Shown piece after piece: positions 1 through 14,159 of a stretch of DNA of 64,000 bases. Each line of letters opens with the position of its first letter. Position 1 is the first letter of the stretch. Position numbers and translations under genes: made by a program. A model generated the notes under the pieces. That model did not search any database. It was given only the letters and a program-made list of their open reading frames with translations, and was not told the DNA's origin. The stretch is from the human T2T-CHM13v2.0 reference genome, Homo sapiens, in NCBI RefSeq assembly GCF_009914755.1, contig NC_060930.1. One strand, given 5' to 3'.

Positions 1-16
1 TTTTTTGTATATATAG

Positions 17-127
17 AGTGAACTTAGCCCACCCATGTTGATAGAACACCCTCTTAGATGTCTTGTTCTGTGTGCCCAAGTACATGCCGGAATGTGGAGA
101 AGAAATGGGTTCTCTCTAGTAAACCAG
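17..127 (+). CDS. UBR2: UBR2 exon ~17 ([15 protein letters not shown]...SLVNQ)
   Basis: atag| acceptor, CAG|gtaagt donor, 111 nt, phase 0-0. Confidence 0.95.
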
Positions 128-850
128 GTAAGTGTTTTCTAATTCTATGAAGAGTTTTCATTCCATTCTTGGCTTCTGTGAAGGTTGTAATTTTCAGTGG
201 ACTTAGTCAGTGAAAGCTGAGTATCTATATTAAAATTGTTTGAAAAGATTAATGATAAAACAAAAAGTTTCTTAAAACTTTTATTCATAGTTTGTCAAGA
301 AATAATGGAAAAAGTAGAAATGAACAACAGTGGTCATGACTTTTACTTGAAATAATTTTTTGGGACAAAGTTGGATATTAAAAAATAAAAACCCAGATTT
401 TATCTATTTAAATCAAATTGAATTAAAAGATAAAAGGCCTTTTAATATAGCTGTAAAATTGAGGTTTTACTTTTTATAGACCTCACATAGGCTTGGAATG
501 AATTTTTTTTTTTCCAAGATCAGACAAGATCTGGCACATTTGGGGTGGTATAGCCATAAACAGATTTTGTTTTTCTCCTGTGTTTGGTAGCTCCTAACCT
601 TCCTGAGACCACAACCTTTTACTTTATTCAGAAACCCAGCAAGTTAGCTGCAAAATGTGAACCATATCATGACCACTGTAATGTGAAAATCTGTAATTAA
701 TTAATCTTTACTAAGATAATGTTAATTGTTAGAGAAACCACATCACACACATGCACACATTCTTGTACAAACTTGTGCTTTTGGGGAAGGATTAGAGAGA
801 GCCTGAGCCAATAAAAACTATTTACTCAATATAATTACTTTTTTTTTTAG

Positions 851-916
851 ATTTATTACTACCATAATGTGAAATGCAGACGTGAGATGTTTGACAAGGA
901 TGTAGTAATGCTTCAG
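851..916 (+). CDS. UBR2: UBR2 exon ~18 (IYYYHNVKCRREMFDKDVVMLQ)
   Basis: poly-T tag| acceptor, CAG|gtaatg, 66 nt. Confidence 0.96.
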
Positions 917-989
917 GTAATGAATTAAAAGCATTGAACTTAAAGGTTGTGGGGAATCTTTGCTTCTTGTTATTTCCATAGAATTCAGT

Positions 990-1730
990 CACTTGTGATC
1001 ACTCCCAAATCTACAACTCCAGCCTAGCCCTGTCTCCTCAGCTCCAAACTCATATGGCTAACAGCCTTTAGATCATTTCCATCTATATTTCCTAGACACA
1101 CTTCATATTAAACGTATTCAGAATAACTCCTCATGTTTCCTCCATACCTTCTTCCTGTCTTCACTTCCCTACCTTGGTGAATTGTTCCACAGTCTACCTA
1201 GTTGCTAAAGTCATATACCTGAAAGCCATCCTTTCTTCATTGTCCTCTGGTTCTTTAACTAATGTACTAATGTTAAACCTCTTAGTTTAAACCCCTTAAA
1301 CTAATTTTCAGGACTGCGATACTTAACTGCATTGAAGTTCCCTGAATTTGCCATATTCTCATACATCTTAAACTCTGCGTATTTATTTCTTTTGCTCCCT
1401 AAGTTACCCACCCCTTCTTTTTCCATTTACGTAGCTAACTTATTTTCCTGCTTGTCTTTGTGTTTACTTTAGCATTACTTCCTCCAGGAAGCCTTCCCTG
1501 ACACACTAAAACTTGGCTACGTGTCCCTTTTGTGAGGACCCTAGCATGGTATTTAACCCTGCCGTAGCACTCACAACCCTGGACTGTGATTACTGTTTAC
1601 TCTTCAGCACCCTACCCCCACCCCACCAAACCATGGCAGTTATATCTTGTTTCTTTTTTTGTCCCTTTTGCCTTGCATAGTGCTTGTCACATAGTAGTTG
1701 TTCTCTGATACTGCTGAATGGATTTAGTCA
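990..1730 (+). mobile_element. degraded L2
   Basis: C/T-rich body and 3' motif GTGCTTGTCACATAGTAG...CTGAATG. Confidence 0.55.
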
Positions 1731-1748
1731 TTATAGAAAAATAAAGCT

Positions 1749-2071
<323 letters not shown>

Positions 2072-2648
2072 TCAAAAAAATATTAGTTCAGAATAAAATC
2101 TAGGTTTATTTATAATTTATACAAATGGAATTAAAAGAGAATTGAAACTAATATTTAAAAGCTGTCACTTCAGTCAGTATAATGCTTGCCAGAAAAAAAT
2201 AGGTTAGGAGATCTTGATAATAGTTTAATATGATCTGTATTTTTAAAATACTAGAAGGTTACTTAATATACCACATTTCCAAGTCCAAACGGTGATCAGA
2301 GAACCCCAAAATAAAATTTTGGCACTGAATTCATAGGAATACAATTATTTTAAAGCATTAGAAGGAAAGAGAACTCATAGTCTGTGTTACTGTGCTGGGT
2401 GGGCTTAGGTTTGGGGCTTGTTTGTATTTTGTTTTACCAATTTAGATTCCTTTCCACACTTGCCTGCTACCACAAGTAAGGATTGAGGTTAAATGGGTTT
2501 TCATCTTTTATTGGGATTGGTGAACCTTTTAGGATTGGTAAACTGCTTTCTCTTGGGCAAGCCAAACTGTCTCTCACTAATTGTTTCAATAGTGGCCCCT
2601 TTGACCTTCCTCTTTTCCTTTATCTCAAACATTAAAAAAAAAAAAAAG

Positions 2649-2771
2649 ACAGGTGTCTCCATGATGGATCCAAATCATTTCCTGATGATCATGCTCAGCC
2701 GCTTTGAACTTTATCAGATTTTCAGTACTCCAGACTATGGAAAAAGATTTAGTTCTGAGATTACCCATAAG
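2649..2771 (+). CDS. UBR2: UBR2 exon ~19 (TGVSMMDPNH...SEITHK)
   Basis: frame requires acceptor A14-G|ACA; donor AAG|gtaaga; 123 nt. Confidence 0.93.
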
Positions 2772-2907
2772 GTAAGAACGTGTTTTATGAAACCACAACA
2801 CATTGCTAAAGAAGCATCTTTCCTTCTTTTTGGATATGTTAATCCTCTGAGATTATGCAATATGCATATTCTTATCTCTGAACTTTATCTTCCCTCACTT
2901 GTTATAG

Positions 2908-2971
2908 GATGTTGTTCAGCAGAACAATACTCTAATAGAAGAAATGCTATACCTCATTATAATGCTTGTTG
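2908..2971 (+). CDS. UBR2: UBR2 exon ~20 (DVVQQNNTLIEEMLYLIIMLV)
   Basis: tatag| and G|gtaagt, 64 nt. Confidence 0.95.
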
Positions 2972-3900
2972 GTAAGTTTAAATTGTTTGAGGCATTTAAT
3001 AAATTACATTGACGTTTATAGTAGCAAATAGTTTGGAATTTCTGGCCTGTGTTTCCTTTGTTTTGAGAGGATGCTCAGTCTTAGGGGAAGAGAATTGGAA
3101 TATTTCTCTTTTTCTCCCCTCTGGTTACTGTAATATTGAGAGTAATAGCACCGTGGTGCTTTGGAAGAAGGAGAAAATACAACTACTGAAGCAGAATAAA
3201 CTGGAAGACTGTATTTTGCGAGGTGGTGGTAGGGGGAGCGGGGGACAGGAGAATTTAGCAATCAAGGAATAGGATATTTAAGATCTATTTACTCTTGATT
3301 TATATCTTAACTATGTTTCTCTCCATGGGTTTGTGGTACAAAAGTATCTTCTTGACTTCAGATACAATAATTCCAAGCTAAAGGAGACCTATGGCTAATA
3401 GATGTGGATTTCTTCCCTTATTACCTATATTTTCAGTCCTTTACTACTGTTTTAGACCCCCTGCAGTCCATAGAGCAGAGAATCCTGGCTACTGTCAGGA
3501 GATGATACCAATGAAGAAAGTCTCCGAAGTTGATATTTTATTTGCCACTAGATAGTAGGGGAAAGGAAGGCTCTCTCTCCTTGCTGCCACAAGGAGAATG
3601 GGGTAAATGCAGTTTCCTTGACCACATTTAATCCCTTCCCACATTTCTGATCCCATTCTTTCAAAACAGCAAAAAGAGCTCTCTCCACTACCTAAAGCCT
3701 GCCCTCACGTTTTGGGTCTGAGACACAGAAGCATGGTCAGGAGCTGCTCTCTCCCTGGCTTATTGCAGAACAGTCATTACTTTCCCATTGCTCAGACAGA
3801 CTTAGAGAAATATAACATGCTGCATGAATTATAAGTATATATCACGAAAGTATTGTGATTATGTTAAATGTATGTATATGTACTTTTCCATTTTTGACAG

Positions 3901-4025
3901 GAGAGAGATTTAGTCCTGGAGTTGGACAGGTAAATGCTACAGATGAAATCAAGCGAGAGATTATCCATCAGTTGAGTATCAAGCCTATGGCTCATAGTGA
4001 ATTGGTAAAGTCTTTACCTGAAGAT
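3901..4025 (+). CDS. UBR2: UBR2 exon ~21 (ERFSPGVGQV...SLPED)
   Basis: gacag| and GAT|gtaagt, 125 nt. Confidence 0.96.
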
Positions 4026-4966
4026 GTAAGTACCTACATTTCTAAAAAGAAAACCATAGAAACTTTTCCCTGCCTGTCAGTCTAGTATCTATAGATTTAC
4101 TTCTGTATACCTTTCTCACAATTGTAAAATCTATTGTCATGGGATGTGTATAATTCCGGTCACTCTTATTATGAATAATTAGAAAAAGAGAATAGGAGTA
4201 GAAAACAGAATAGTAATAGAATCTTTTACAATAAAGCCTTGAGGAAGATAAGGACACTAAACAAAAAGTAGCCCAAACCTCAGAACTAAGGTTTGTACCC
4301 CACAGAAAGAGGTCATTATAGGGTCTTTAGTACAAAGTTGCTATGGGTGTGGATAATGCTTTGTAACCTAGTATATTGAGGAAGGGAGTCAGAAGTGCCT
4401 ACTCACCTATACTGAGTAGAATAAATAATGTTTTCCTAAGCTTTTTCCTTCTTGGCCTCCAGAGAGTCTTCTTAATGACGAGCCCTTGTTTCATTTTAGT
4501 GAATGCAAAATAATAGTGAAAAGGACATTCATAGGTTAAATTGCAACTGTTTTTCCTTCCAGGGGTGATAAGTTCCCCAGCAACCTATATTTCAGCCATG
4601 GGGTTTTTCAGAAACTCAACCCTTATAATTGAGAAGAGACTTTATTTTCATTGAGGCTTTTCAAAATGTTTGCCCTAATTTGAAACATAGATCAAAACCT
4701 TCAACCTTAATTAACATTTATTTTTCTGAGATTTCAACCTATCTTATCTTTGTTGCATAGTAATACTTTTAAACTTTGTATTATAAATATTTCAAACATC
4801 TATAGAGATTAAAAAATGTAGTATAACAAACCCATCACCAGCTTCAACAGAGGCCAGTCTGGTTTCATCTATACCCAACCACTAACCTCTGTGCCCCACT
4901 GTATTATTTCCTAGAGAATACTATATTTACCATTTCATCTATAAATAGGACTATATGTATCTAAAA

Positions 4967-5163
4967 CAGTGATTCTCAACTGAGGACAATTTTGCCCCCC
5001 AGGGGACATCTGTGAATGTTACTACTCAGGGCAGGATGTGGAATGCTACTGGTATCTAGTGGGTAGAGGCCAGGGATACTGCTAAACATCCTACAATACC
5101 CAGGACAACCCCCTACAACATATCTGATCTGAATGTCAGTAGTGCTGAGGTTGAAAAACTCTG
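4967..5163 (+). mobile_element. MER20 (hAT-Charlie MITE)
   Basis: CAGTGATTCTCAAC...GTTGAAAAACTCTG terminal repeats, internal CTAGTGGGTAGAGGCCAGGGAT; 8-bp TSD ATCTAAAA/ATCTAGAA. Confidence 0.85.
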
Positions 5164-5229
5164 ATCTAGAAAATGAGGACTCTTAAAAACCCTATCTTTA
5201 TGTTATCACACTTTTAAAAACAATAATTT

Positions 5230-5242
5230 ATATATATATGTT

Positions 5243-5278
<36 letters not shown>

Positions 5279-5279
5279 T
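5230..5279. repeat. (TA)n(GA)n microsatellite at Alu tail
   Basis: direct reading. Confidence 0.9.
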
Positions 5280-5556
5280 AGAGTCTGGCTTGGTCACCCA
5301 GGCTGGAGTACAATGGCATGGTCTTGGCTTACTATAACCTCTGCCTCCCGAGTTCAAGCAATTCTCATGCCTCAGCCTCCCAAGTAGCTGGGATTACAGG
5401 CGCACGCCACCATGCCCGGCTAATTTTTGTGTTTTTAGTAGAGATGGGGGTTCTCTATGTTGTCCAGGCTGGTCTCGAACTCCTGGCCTCAAGTGATCTG
5501 CCCACCTCAGCCTCCCAAAGTGCTGGGATTACAGGCATAAGCCACCACACCTGGCC
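5277..5556 (-). mobile_element. Alu
   Basis: reverse-complement dimer. Confidence 0.9.
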
Positions 5557-5734
5557 GAATGATGAATAATTCCTTAATGTCACTAAATATCTAGTCAAGA
5601 TAAAAATTACTTGTACTGCTTTAATGCAGGAAGTGAATCCCAAGTTGTTCAATTAGGAAGCAGTTATAATTTAGCCTAAGCTTTAAGGAACAATAAAATT
5701 TCAAAAAGCATTTTTTAAGTGGTTTAAGATTGTC

Positions 5735-6092
<358 letters not shown>

Positions 6093-6552
6093 TCACAGAA
6101 TTCCTATTAATATCTTATCGTGAATGAGATATGATTGGGGAAGTGCTATTGTACTGAAAATAGACAAGAAATTAGTGCAACTATTTTATAAAATACCAGA
6201 CGTATTTTACATAAACTTTTTTAAATGTTTTATATACTTTGTGTTTTCATTTAATTCCTTTAGAAAGCTCTTACCTTGATTCTATATGGCAGTGACTTTT
6301 TAAAAATCATAAAGTTTTATCTATTTTATGTATTTAAAAATAATACATCAATTTGAATAAACATCAGCTTGCCGAGTAAGTATGTCTAGTTTTGTATTAA
6401 TCATTGTATTTGCTATGGAATCCTCATCTGTAAAAATGGAGATAAGGTGTATCTACCTTAGGTTGTTATGAGGGTCAATGAGATAAAACACAATGCTAAG
6501 AGTGCTAGTAGTTATTATTAACATGAAACACACTTGTGTCCTGTACCTTTAG

Positions 6553-6605
6553 GAGAACAAGGAGACTGGCATGGAGAGTGTAATCGAAGCAGTTGCCCAT
6601 TTCAA
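6553..6605 (+). CDS. UBR2: UBR2 exon ~22 (ENKETGMESVIEAVAHF)
   Basis: tttag| and AA|gtgagt, 53 nt. Confidence 0.95.
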
Positions 6606-7443
6606 GTGAGTTTACTTCCTATTATTTCACATTCTTTTTTACTTTTCCAGTACATTCATTTTTCTTAGAGTGTTTTCTTTGATGCAACTGAGAATGAAGT
6701 TGCAGCTTTCAGAGATTGACAGACATTTTCAAATTATAGCTCTGAATTAGATTTCTCACTGACATTTCACTTTTCTGATCTCACCCTGTACTCAGCAACG
6801 TAAAGTGACATTGTGAGGGTTTTCGTCACATTCAGAATAGGTGTTCATAGCTGATGGTTTCAAATAGTAAAAATTAACCTCAGCAGTGATCTAAGTAAAT
6901 GCATTGTAATTTCTTAAAACTGCTTTGTTTCCATTTGAATGTGCTGCCTAAATTGTGGGATAGCCTCTCAATGCCACCTTCTCCAGTGTCCACAGTCTTC
7001 CCCCAGTCAATAAACTGGTTTATACCCTTAAAGATATTAAAGCAGTTTCTTAAGCCTGTTTTTTCTTTGCTTCCTACCCCAATGACAATGTATTCATTTT
7101 TTTTAACCCACTATAAATTTTTGAAGATAGTGTCTTTATTTTTTGTTGGTTATAAAGACAATACTTGCTTTTAGGAAAAATACAAAGAAAAAATATTACC
7201 TGTAATCCAACCACTCAGATGATTTCTATTATGTTTAGATGTATATCTTTCTAAATTTTTTTTCTATACTTGGAACACATATTTATAACAAAAAATGGGT
7301 TCATTTCGTATTTACTATTCTATAACCTTTTTAAAAATTAAATAATGGAATGTTTCCATGTATTTGTGTCTTTGCGGGGGCGGGTTGTTGGTTTTATTGG
7401 GTTTTTTTAGTTTTTACATAATATACTTTGTCAGTACATATAG

Positions 7444-7743
<300 letters not shown>

Positions 7744-8720
7744 CTTTTTCACTTCCTTGTAGTCATGTACTGTAATGTATCTAACCTCTTCCCTATAATA
7801 CATAGCTTCCAGATTTTCTCTTATAAACAAATATTGAAAATCCTTGTACATACAGCATTAACAAATGTATCTTTGACTGTGAAAGTGTTTCTTTGAGGAT
7901 TAGCTAGATCAAAATGAAAGCTTGTATTACATTTTGGTACATACCTCCTAATTGCCTTCCCAAAAAAGTCCTCGATTTACACTCTGACTAGAAGTGTATA
8001 AAGAGTGCCCTGCAACTTTGTCAACACTTTAATATGAGCAGTCTTTTAGTACCTTATTTTAATTTGCGTTACTCTAAGTGAAGTTGAGCTTCTTTTCATG
8101 TGTTTATTGGCCGTTTGTTTTTTCATACTTTAATGCATTTTTCTTTATGGTTGTTTGTCCCTATCTTATTGTTCCGAAAGTATTATATATTAGAAATGTC
8201 AATTCTTATTTAATACATCACAGTACTTTCTTCCAGTCTGTCCCTTGTTTTTTAACTTTCTGTTTTTAAAACTCTGTCTCAATTGGCTTCTGGGTTTTAT
8301 AACTTGCTTAGGAAAGTTCTCTAAACCCCAATAGTGTACCTGCTTTTTTCTGCTTAATAGAACAACACGGAAGTCTTTACATGTGAAAATAGAGAAATTA
8401 TCACTGTTAATGGTGTTCAGTTGTTTGGAGATGTTGTAATTTGTTATTTCACGTTATTAGACTTTTTAATTGTTGCCACTGCAGTGTCCATCACGTTCAC
8501 TTGTCTAGTTAGGATAAATTCCAAGTGGGCATGCTAAATAAAACAGATGCATGTAGAACTCGGATTTAGACTGCCAAATCAACCCACTGAAAATAGTTGT
8601 AGCTTAACACCCACCAGCAGTATATGAGAGCTCTGCTTTCTTGTTCTAATATCCAAGACTATCTCTCATAAATTAGTGTATGGCTTTGGTAATAATATTC
8701 TAAGGTCCTTTCTTTCACAG

Positions 8721-8823
8721 GAAACCTGGATTAACAGGACGAGGCATGTATGAACTGAAACCAGAATGTGCCAAAGAGTTCAACTTGTATTTCTATCACT
8801 TTTCAAGGGCAGAACAGTCCAAG
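8721..8823 (+). CDS. UBR2: UBR2 exon ~23 (KPGLTGRGMYELKPEC...AEQSK)
   Basis: cacag| and AAG|gtaatt, 103 nt. Confidence 0.96.
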
Positions 8824-8869
8824 GTAATTGGGAAAATTAAAAATGTAGCAGGGAAGGATTGCATTGTTT

Positions 8870-9032
8870 TTCTTAAGAGATGAGGTTTCACCATGTTGCC
8901 CAGGCTAGAGTTTGGTGGCTATTCACAATGCCATTATAGAGCATTGCAACCTCAAACTCCTGGGCTCAAGCAATTCTCCCACCTCAGCCTCTTGAGTAGA
9001 TGAGATTACAGGCATGCACCACTGTATCTGGC
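8870..9032 (-). mobile_element. FAM/7SL-derived Alu monomer
   Basis: monomer retaining GGCTATTCACA segment typical of FAM/7SL. Confidence 0.7.
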
Positions 9033-9399
9033 TTGAATTTTTTTTTCCTAAACAACTTTTTTACTGCTTTTGCAGATTGAAAAATGATACATTTTTATTG
9101 TAGGGGATTTGGAAAATATAAAATATAAAGAAGAAAGTAGAAATTACTTAAAATACCCTCACCTAACATTTTGGAGTTACCCCCTAGCGTTTTGTACATA
9201 TGTATATACGATCTATATAATACATACCTTTACGTATATGGGTATAGTTTTTTAAAACAAATTTTCAACCTGTATTATAATCAGTTAATCCATTTTATGC
9301 ACATTTCAGAATTGGTATTATTTAACACTTTTTCATAGAGATTCATGGAGCTTTTCTAATCATTCCTAGGTAATTAAATTTTGCCTTTTTGGTGGGGCA

Positions 9400-9676
9400 T
9401 GTAATCCCAGCACTTTGGGAGGCTGAGGCGGGCAGATCGCTTGAGCTCAGGAGTTCGAGATCAGCCTGGCCAACATGTTGAAATCCCATGTCTACTAAAA
9501 ATACAAAAATTAGCCAGGCATGGTGTCATGCACTTCTCGTCCCAGCTACTCAGGAGGCTGAGATAGGAGGATCACTTGAGCCCAGGAGGTCAAGACTGCA
9601 GTGAGCTATGATTGCACCACTGCATTCCAGCTTGGATGATGGGAGTGAGACCGTATCTCAAAAAAAAAAAAAAAAT
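9400..9676 (+). mobile_element. Alu (J-like, 5' truncated)
   Basis: dimer with A16 tail. Confidence 0.88.
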
Positions 9677-9930
9677 CTGCCTTTTAGCAGTCTCCTCTTA
9701 AAATGGTTTTTCAATAAACAGCATTAAATAAAACTTAAACATAAAGCTTTTATTTAGTTTTTGATGAAGTCATAGAGTTCAAACTTAAATAAGTTTGTAC
9801 TTATTTAAGTACATGTTTCCCTTCTAATTTAAAGTAATAGAGAACTCGTTTGGAGATTCTTTTAGTTAAAAAAAAAAATTAACCTTGATGTATCCGTTTG
9901 GGGGAGGACTAGAACTTAAAGATAGATATC

Positions 9931-10228
9931 TTTTTTATTTTTTATTTTTTTTGAGATAGGGTCTCACTCTGTTACCCAGGCTGGAGTGCAGACCTCGGCT
10001 CACTAGAGCCCCTGCCTCCCAGGTTCAAGCAATTATCCTGCCCCAGCCTTCTGAGTAGCTAGGATTACAGGTGTGTGCCACCACGCCCGGCCAATTTTTG
10101 TATTTTTAGTAGAGATGGGGATTCTCCGCGTTGGCCAGGCTGCTCTCGAACTCCTGACCTCAGGTGATCCACCTGTCTTGGCCTCCCAAAGTGCTGGGAT
10201 TACAGGTGTGAGCTGCCACGCCCCGGCC
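9931..10228 (-). mobile_element. Alu
   Basis: reverse-complement dimer. Confidence 0.9.
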
Positions 10229-10266
10229 TCTGTTGTGTTATTTTCTGATTTTAGATGTTCATCCTT

Positions 10267-10420
10267 GGCCAGACACATTGGCTCATGCCTGTAATCCCAG
10301 CACTTTGGGAGGTTGAGGTGGGCAGATCACAAGGTCAGGAGTTCAAGACCAGCCTGGCCAACATAGTGAAACCCCACCTCTACTAAAAATATAAAAATTA
10401 ACCAGGTGTGGTGGTGGGCA
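10267..10420 (+). mobile_element. Alu, left arm only (3' truncated)
   Basis: stops at GGTGGGCA just before a TACTAAT branch-point-like motif. Confidence 0.85.
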
Positions 10421-10459
10421 TTACTAATTCCCGGTCCAAATAACTTTATTTTTTATTAG

Positions 10460-10508
10460 GCAGAAGAAGCGCAACGGAAATTGAAAAGACAAAATAGAGA
10501 AGATACAG
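10460..10508 (+). CDS. UBR2: UBR2 exon ~24 (AEEAQRKLKRQNREDT)
   Basis: attag| and AG|gtattt, 49 nt. Confidence 0.94.
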
Positions 10509-10927
10509 GTATTTTTAATCTTTCTGAAAATGTCTTGCCCATCTTTTTTGCTTGTTAAACATTGTTTTCTGTTAACTATGATGATTGTCCTTGGTGGAAT
10601 GAATATTTAAATGTAAGCTTTCCTAGTGAATAACCTCCTATTCAGAGGAATAATAAATATGTTAACACAGAAATAGTTTGTGCTAAGTCCTCTGGGTTGA
10701 TGTTATCTCAGATCTTAAGACCTTTCTAGGGGAAAAGATAGACTTTCTTCTGTACTGCTGCTACTTTCGTGGCTCTTTTTATGCATTTGACCTTGAGAAT
10801 GTAAAATAATAGCTTTAAGGTGTGTGTTAATGAATATTCTTTGAGTTAAAACTATCAAAAGTAACAAAGAGATAGTTTCTAAAGCATGTTCTGTAAAAGA
10901 AACCAATAATAACAACTGTATTTTCAG

Positions 10928-11082
10928 CACTCCCACCTCCGGTGTTGCCTCCATTCTGCCCTCTGTTTGCAAGCCTGGTTAACATTTTGCAGTCAGATGT
11001 CATGTTGTGCATCATGGGAACAATTCTGCAATGGGCTGTGGAACATAATGGATATGCCTGGTCAGAGTCCATGCTGCAAAGG
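10928..11082 (+). CDS. UBR2: UBR2 exon ~25 (LPPPVLPPFC...SMLQR)
   Basis: ttcag| and AGG|gtaggt, 155 nt. Confidence 0.96.
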
Positions 11083-11517
11083 GTAGGTTTGAAGACATTT
11101 ATTATTTATATTTTAGTATTTTATAGTACAAGCAAAATATTCTTGTCTGTATCTATACACAGGAAAACTAGGCCGAAATGTATTGTGTTTTCCTAACTTG
11201 AATATATTGTTACTGCTTTTGTGTCTGACAGTAAAAACAAGTGCCAGACAGATTTTTTTATACCACATGGTTGTTATTACCTCAGTCCCACTGGGCAGTT
11301 GTTCTCTCCTAGATTGGTCCTTGTCTTTATATATGTAGTATTCTGATATTGATATAATGTGTTATCTTTTATATATGTTTCTAATCTAATTATTTTCCAA
11401 AACAAAAATTTTTTTTGAATCATCCATATCCTTATTTTGTAGTTGAAGAAACTGACACTCATAGACTTACGGTCCTATAGCTAGTTAAGTGGCAAGTCTG
11501 GAACCTTGTTTGTGTTA

Positions 11518-11819
11518 TTTTTGTTTTTGTGTTTTTGAGACAGGATCTAGCTTTGTCACCCAGGAAGCTGGAGTGCAGTGGTGCAATCTTGGCTCACTGC
11601 AACCTCTGCCTCCTGGGTTCAAGTGATCCCGCCACCTCAGTATCCCAAGTACCTGGGATTACAGGCATGCATCACAACATCTGCGTAATTTCTGTATTTT
11701 TGGTAGAAACAGTTTTGCCATGTTCCCCAGGCTGGTCTCAAACTCCCAGACTCAAGCAATCCTCCCCCCTCGGCCTCCCCAAGTATTGGGATTACATGCG
11801 TGAGCCACTATGCCCAGCC
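11518..11819 (-). mobile_element. Alu (J-like)
   Basis: diverged reverse-complement dimer. Confidence 0.85.
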
Positions 11820-12004
11820 CCTTGTTTGTATTTTACTTTATAGTTTTAATGTAAGCCGTTCGTACACTATCTCATTGAATTCACACAACACCCCATGAAT
11901 AGATACAACTTTTTTCTCATTGTTAGATGAGGAAGCCAAGTTTCAATGAGGTTCCATTAACTTCCCATATTAATCTACTAAGTGATATAACAATTATTCA
12001 TTAA

Positions 12005-12353
<349 letters not shown>

Positions 12354-12878
12354 ATGCTAAGCACTCTGCATACAGTATTTGTAATCCTCAGAACTCTAGA
12401 GGGAAGCTTTGTTTTTCCAAGGCTAAAGATGATGACTTGGGCTCAGAGGCGTTCCCTTAGGGTATATATTAATAGCTTGAAAGCAGTAAAACCAGGATTC
12501 AGATTCAAATTTTGGAGCCCTCCTCGGGAGGCTGAGTAGCTATCATTCTTTCTTTTTGTCTCACTGGCTAAGATGTGTGTATTCTTATAATGCCCTCCTA
12601 TTTATCTATAAGCATATTTAAAGTGTAAAAGCATGGAGCTGTGGTGTACTAGCTCACTACTAGTACAGCTGTACTAGCTGTCGTGTACTGTCAGCATTAC
12701 ATGAACAAAAGATTTGTGGGAAATAATGGAGAGAAGAGGTGTGAACAATATTTACCTTACATGTACACTTGCTTTATGTCACCTAGTTCTTCCAAGTCTC
12801 TGACAACCACAGTCATCCCATGTGAAGGGAAAGATACAGAGACATCACACACATATCTCCTTCAAAATCTGGGGTGTG

Positions 12879-13171
12879 GGCCCGGCACAGTGGCTCACCC
12901 CTGTAATCCTAACACTTTGGGAGGCCAAGGCGGGTAGATCACTTGGGGTCGGGAGTTCAAGACCAGCCTGTACAACATGGTAAAACCCCATCTCTACTAA
13001 AAATAAAAAAATTAGCCAATCGTCATGGCACATGCTTATAATCCCAGCTACTCAGGAGGGCTCAGGAGAATCACTGGAAACTGGGAGGCAGAGGTTGCAG
13101 TGAGCCAATATTGTGCCACTGCACTCTAGCCTGGGCAACAGAGGGAGACTCCGTCTCAAAAAACAAAAAAA
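12879..13171 (+). mobile_element. Alu
   Basis: full dimer. Confidence 0.88.
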
Positions 13172-13630
13172 CTTGGGCATGGGATAAGAGCAGTAAAAAA
13201 ACAAATAGGTTGATACAGTCTCTAGAAGTCTGGTCAGGAATATTTTGTGAGATACACTGAAGAACTATAAAGTTTATAAATGATAAGGCATTAGAGATAA
13301 AAGTTTGTCTTTCTCAGATGATGAAGATTTAGTCCTTAGAGAAATTAGGTAGTGTCATAGACTGGATAATTACATGGGGGATACGTTTAGCTTTATAATT
13401 ACTTGACCACTAATTCTTGGAAGGTTTTTTTAAGTCTGTAGTATAGGTATAGAATAAAACTTACATATTATGTGAATTGCTGGTCACAGCTGGTGTAATT
13501 TTAGCTTACCCTGAGGATTTGCAATTGAAATTTCTTCCTCATTGAAGTAGAAAATTTTGTTTTTCTTGACAATAATTGTTTGTTAGAAAATAAACCTCAG
13601 TCTTTTCATTTAATAAAAATTAGTACTTCA

Positions 13631-13912
<282 letters not shown>

Positions 13913-14056
13913 TTAGTACTTCAAATTGTTTTTAATTGCATTTAGTATTTCATAGTTTGATTTATCTTTTTCAATAATTCTTTTTTCCTATTTCTTATTA
14001 AAATATGTACTTGATTTTTTAAATTTTTACTAAAAGTTACAAAACATTTATTCAAG

Positions 14057-14159
14057 GTGTTACATTTAATTGGCATGGCACTACAAGAAGAAAAACAACA
14101 TTTAGAGAATGTCACGGAAGAGCATGTAGTAACATTTACCTTCACTCAGAAGATATCAA
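14057..14159 (+). CDS. UBR2: UBR2 exon ~26 (VLHLIGMALQEE...TQKIS)
   Basis: tcaag| and A|gtatgt, 103 nt. Confidence 0.94.

Noticed and set aside
2493-2975. 160-aa ORF spanning two UBR2 exons
   Set aside because: Read-through of exon ~19 into a 136-nt intron; the frame is lost in exon ~20, so it is not a separate gene or a frame-preserving retention isoform
9783-9810. Perfect 12-bp hairpin ACTTAAATAAGT-ttgt-ACTTATTTAAGT
   Set aside because: AT-rich, too short for a pre-miRNA, plausible by chance or local template switch
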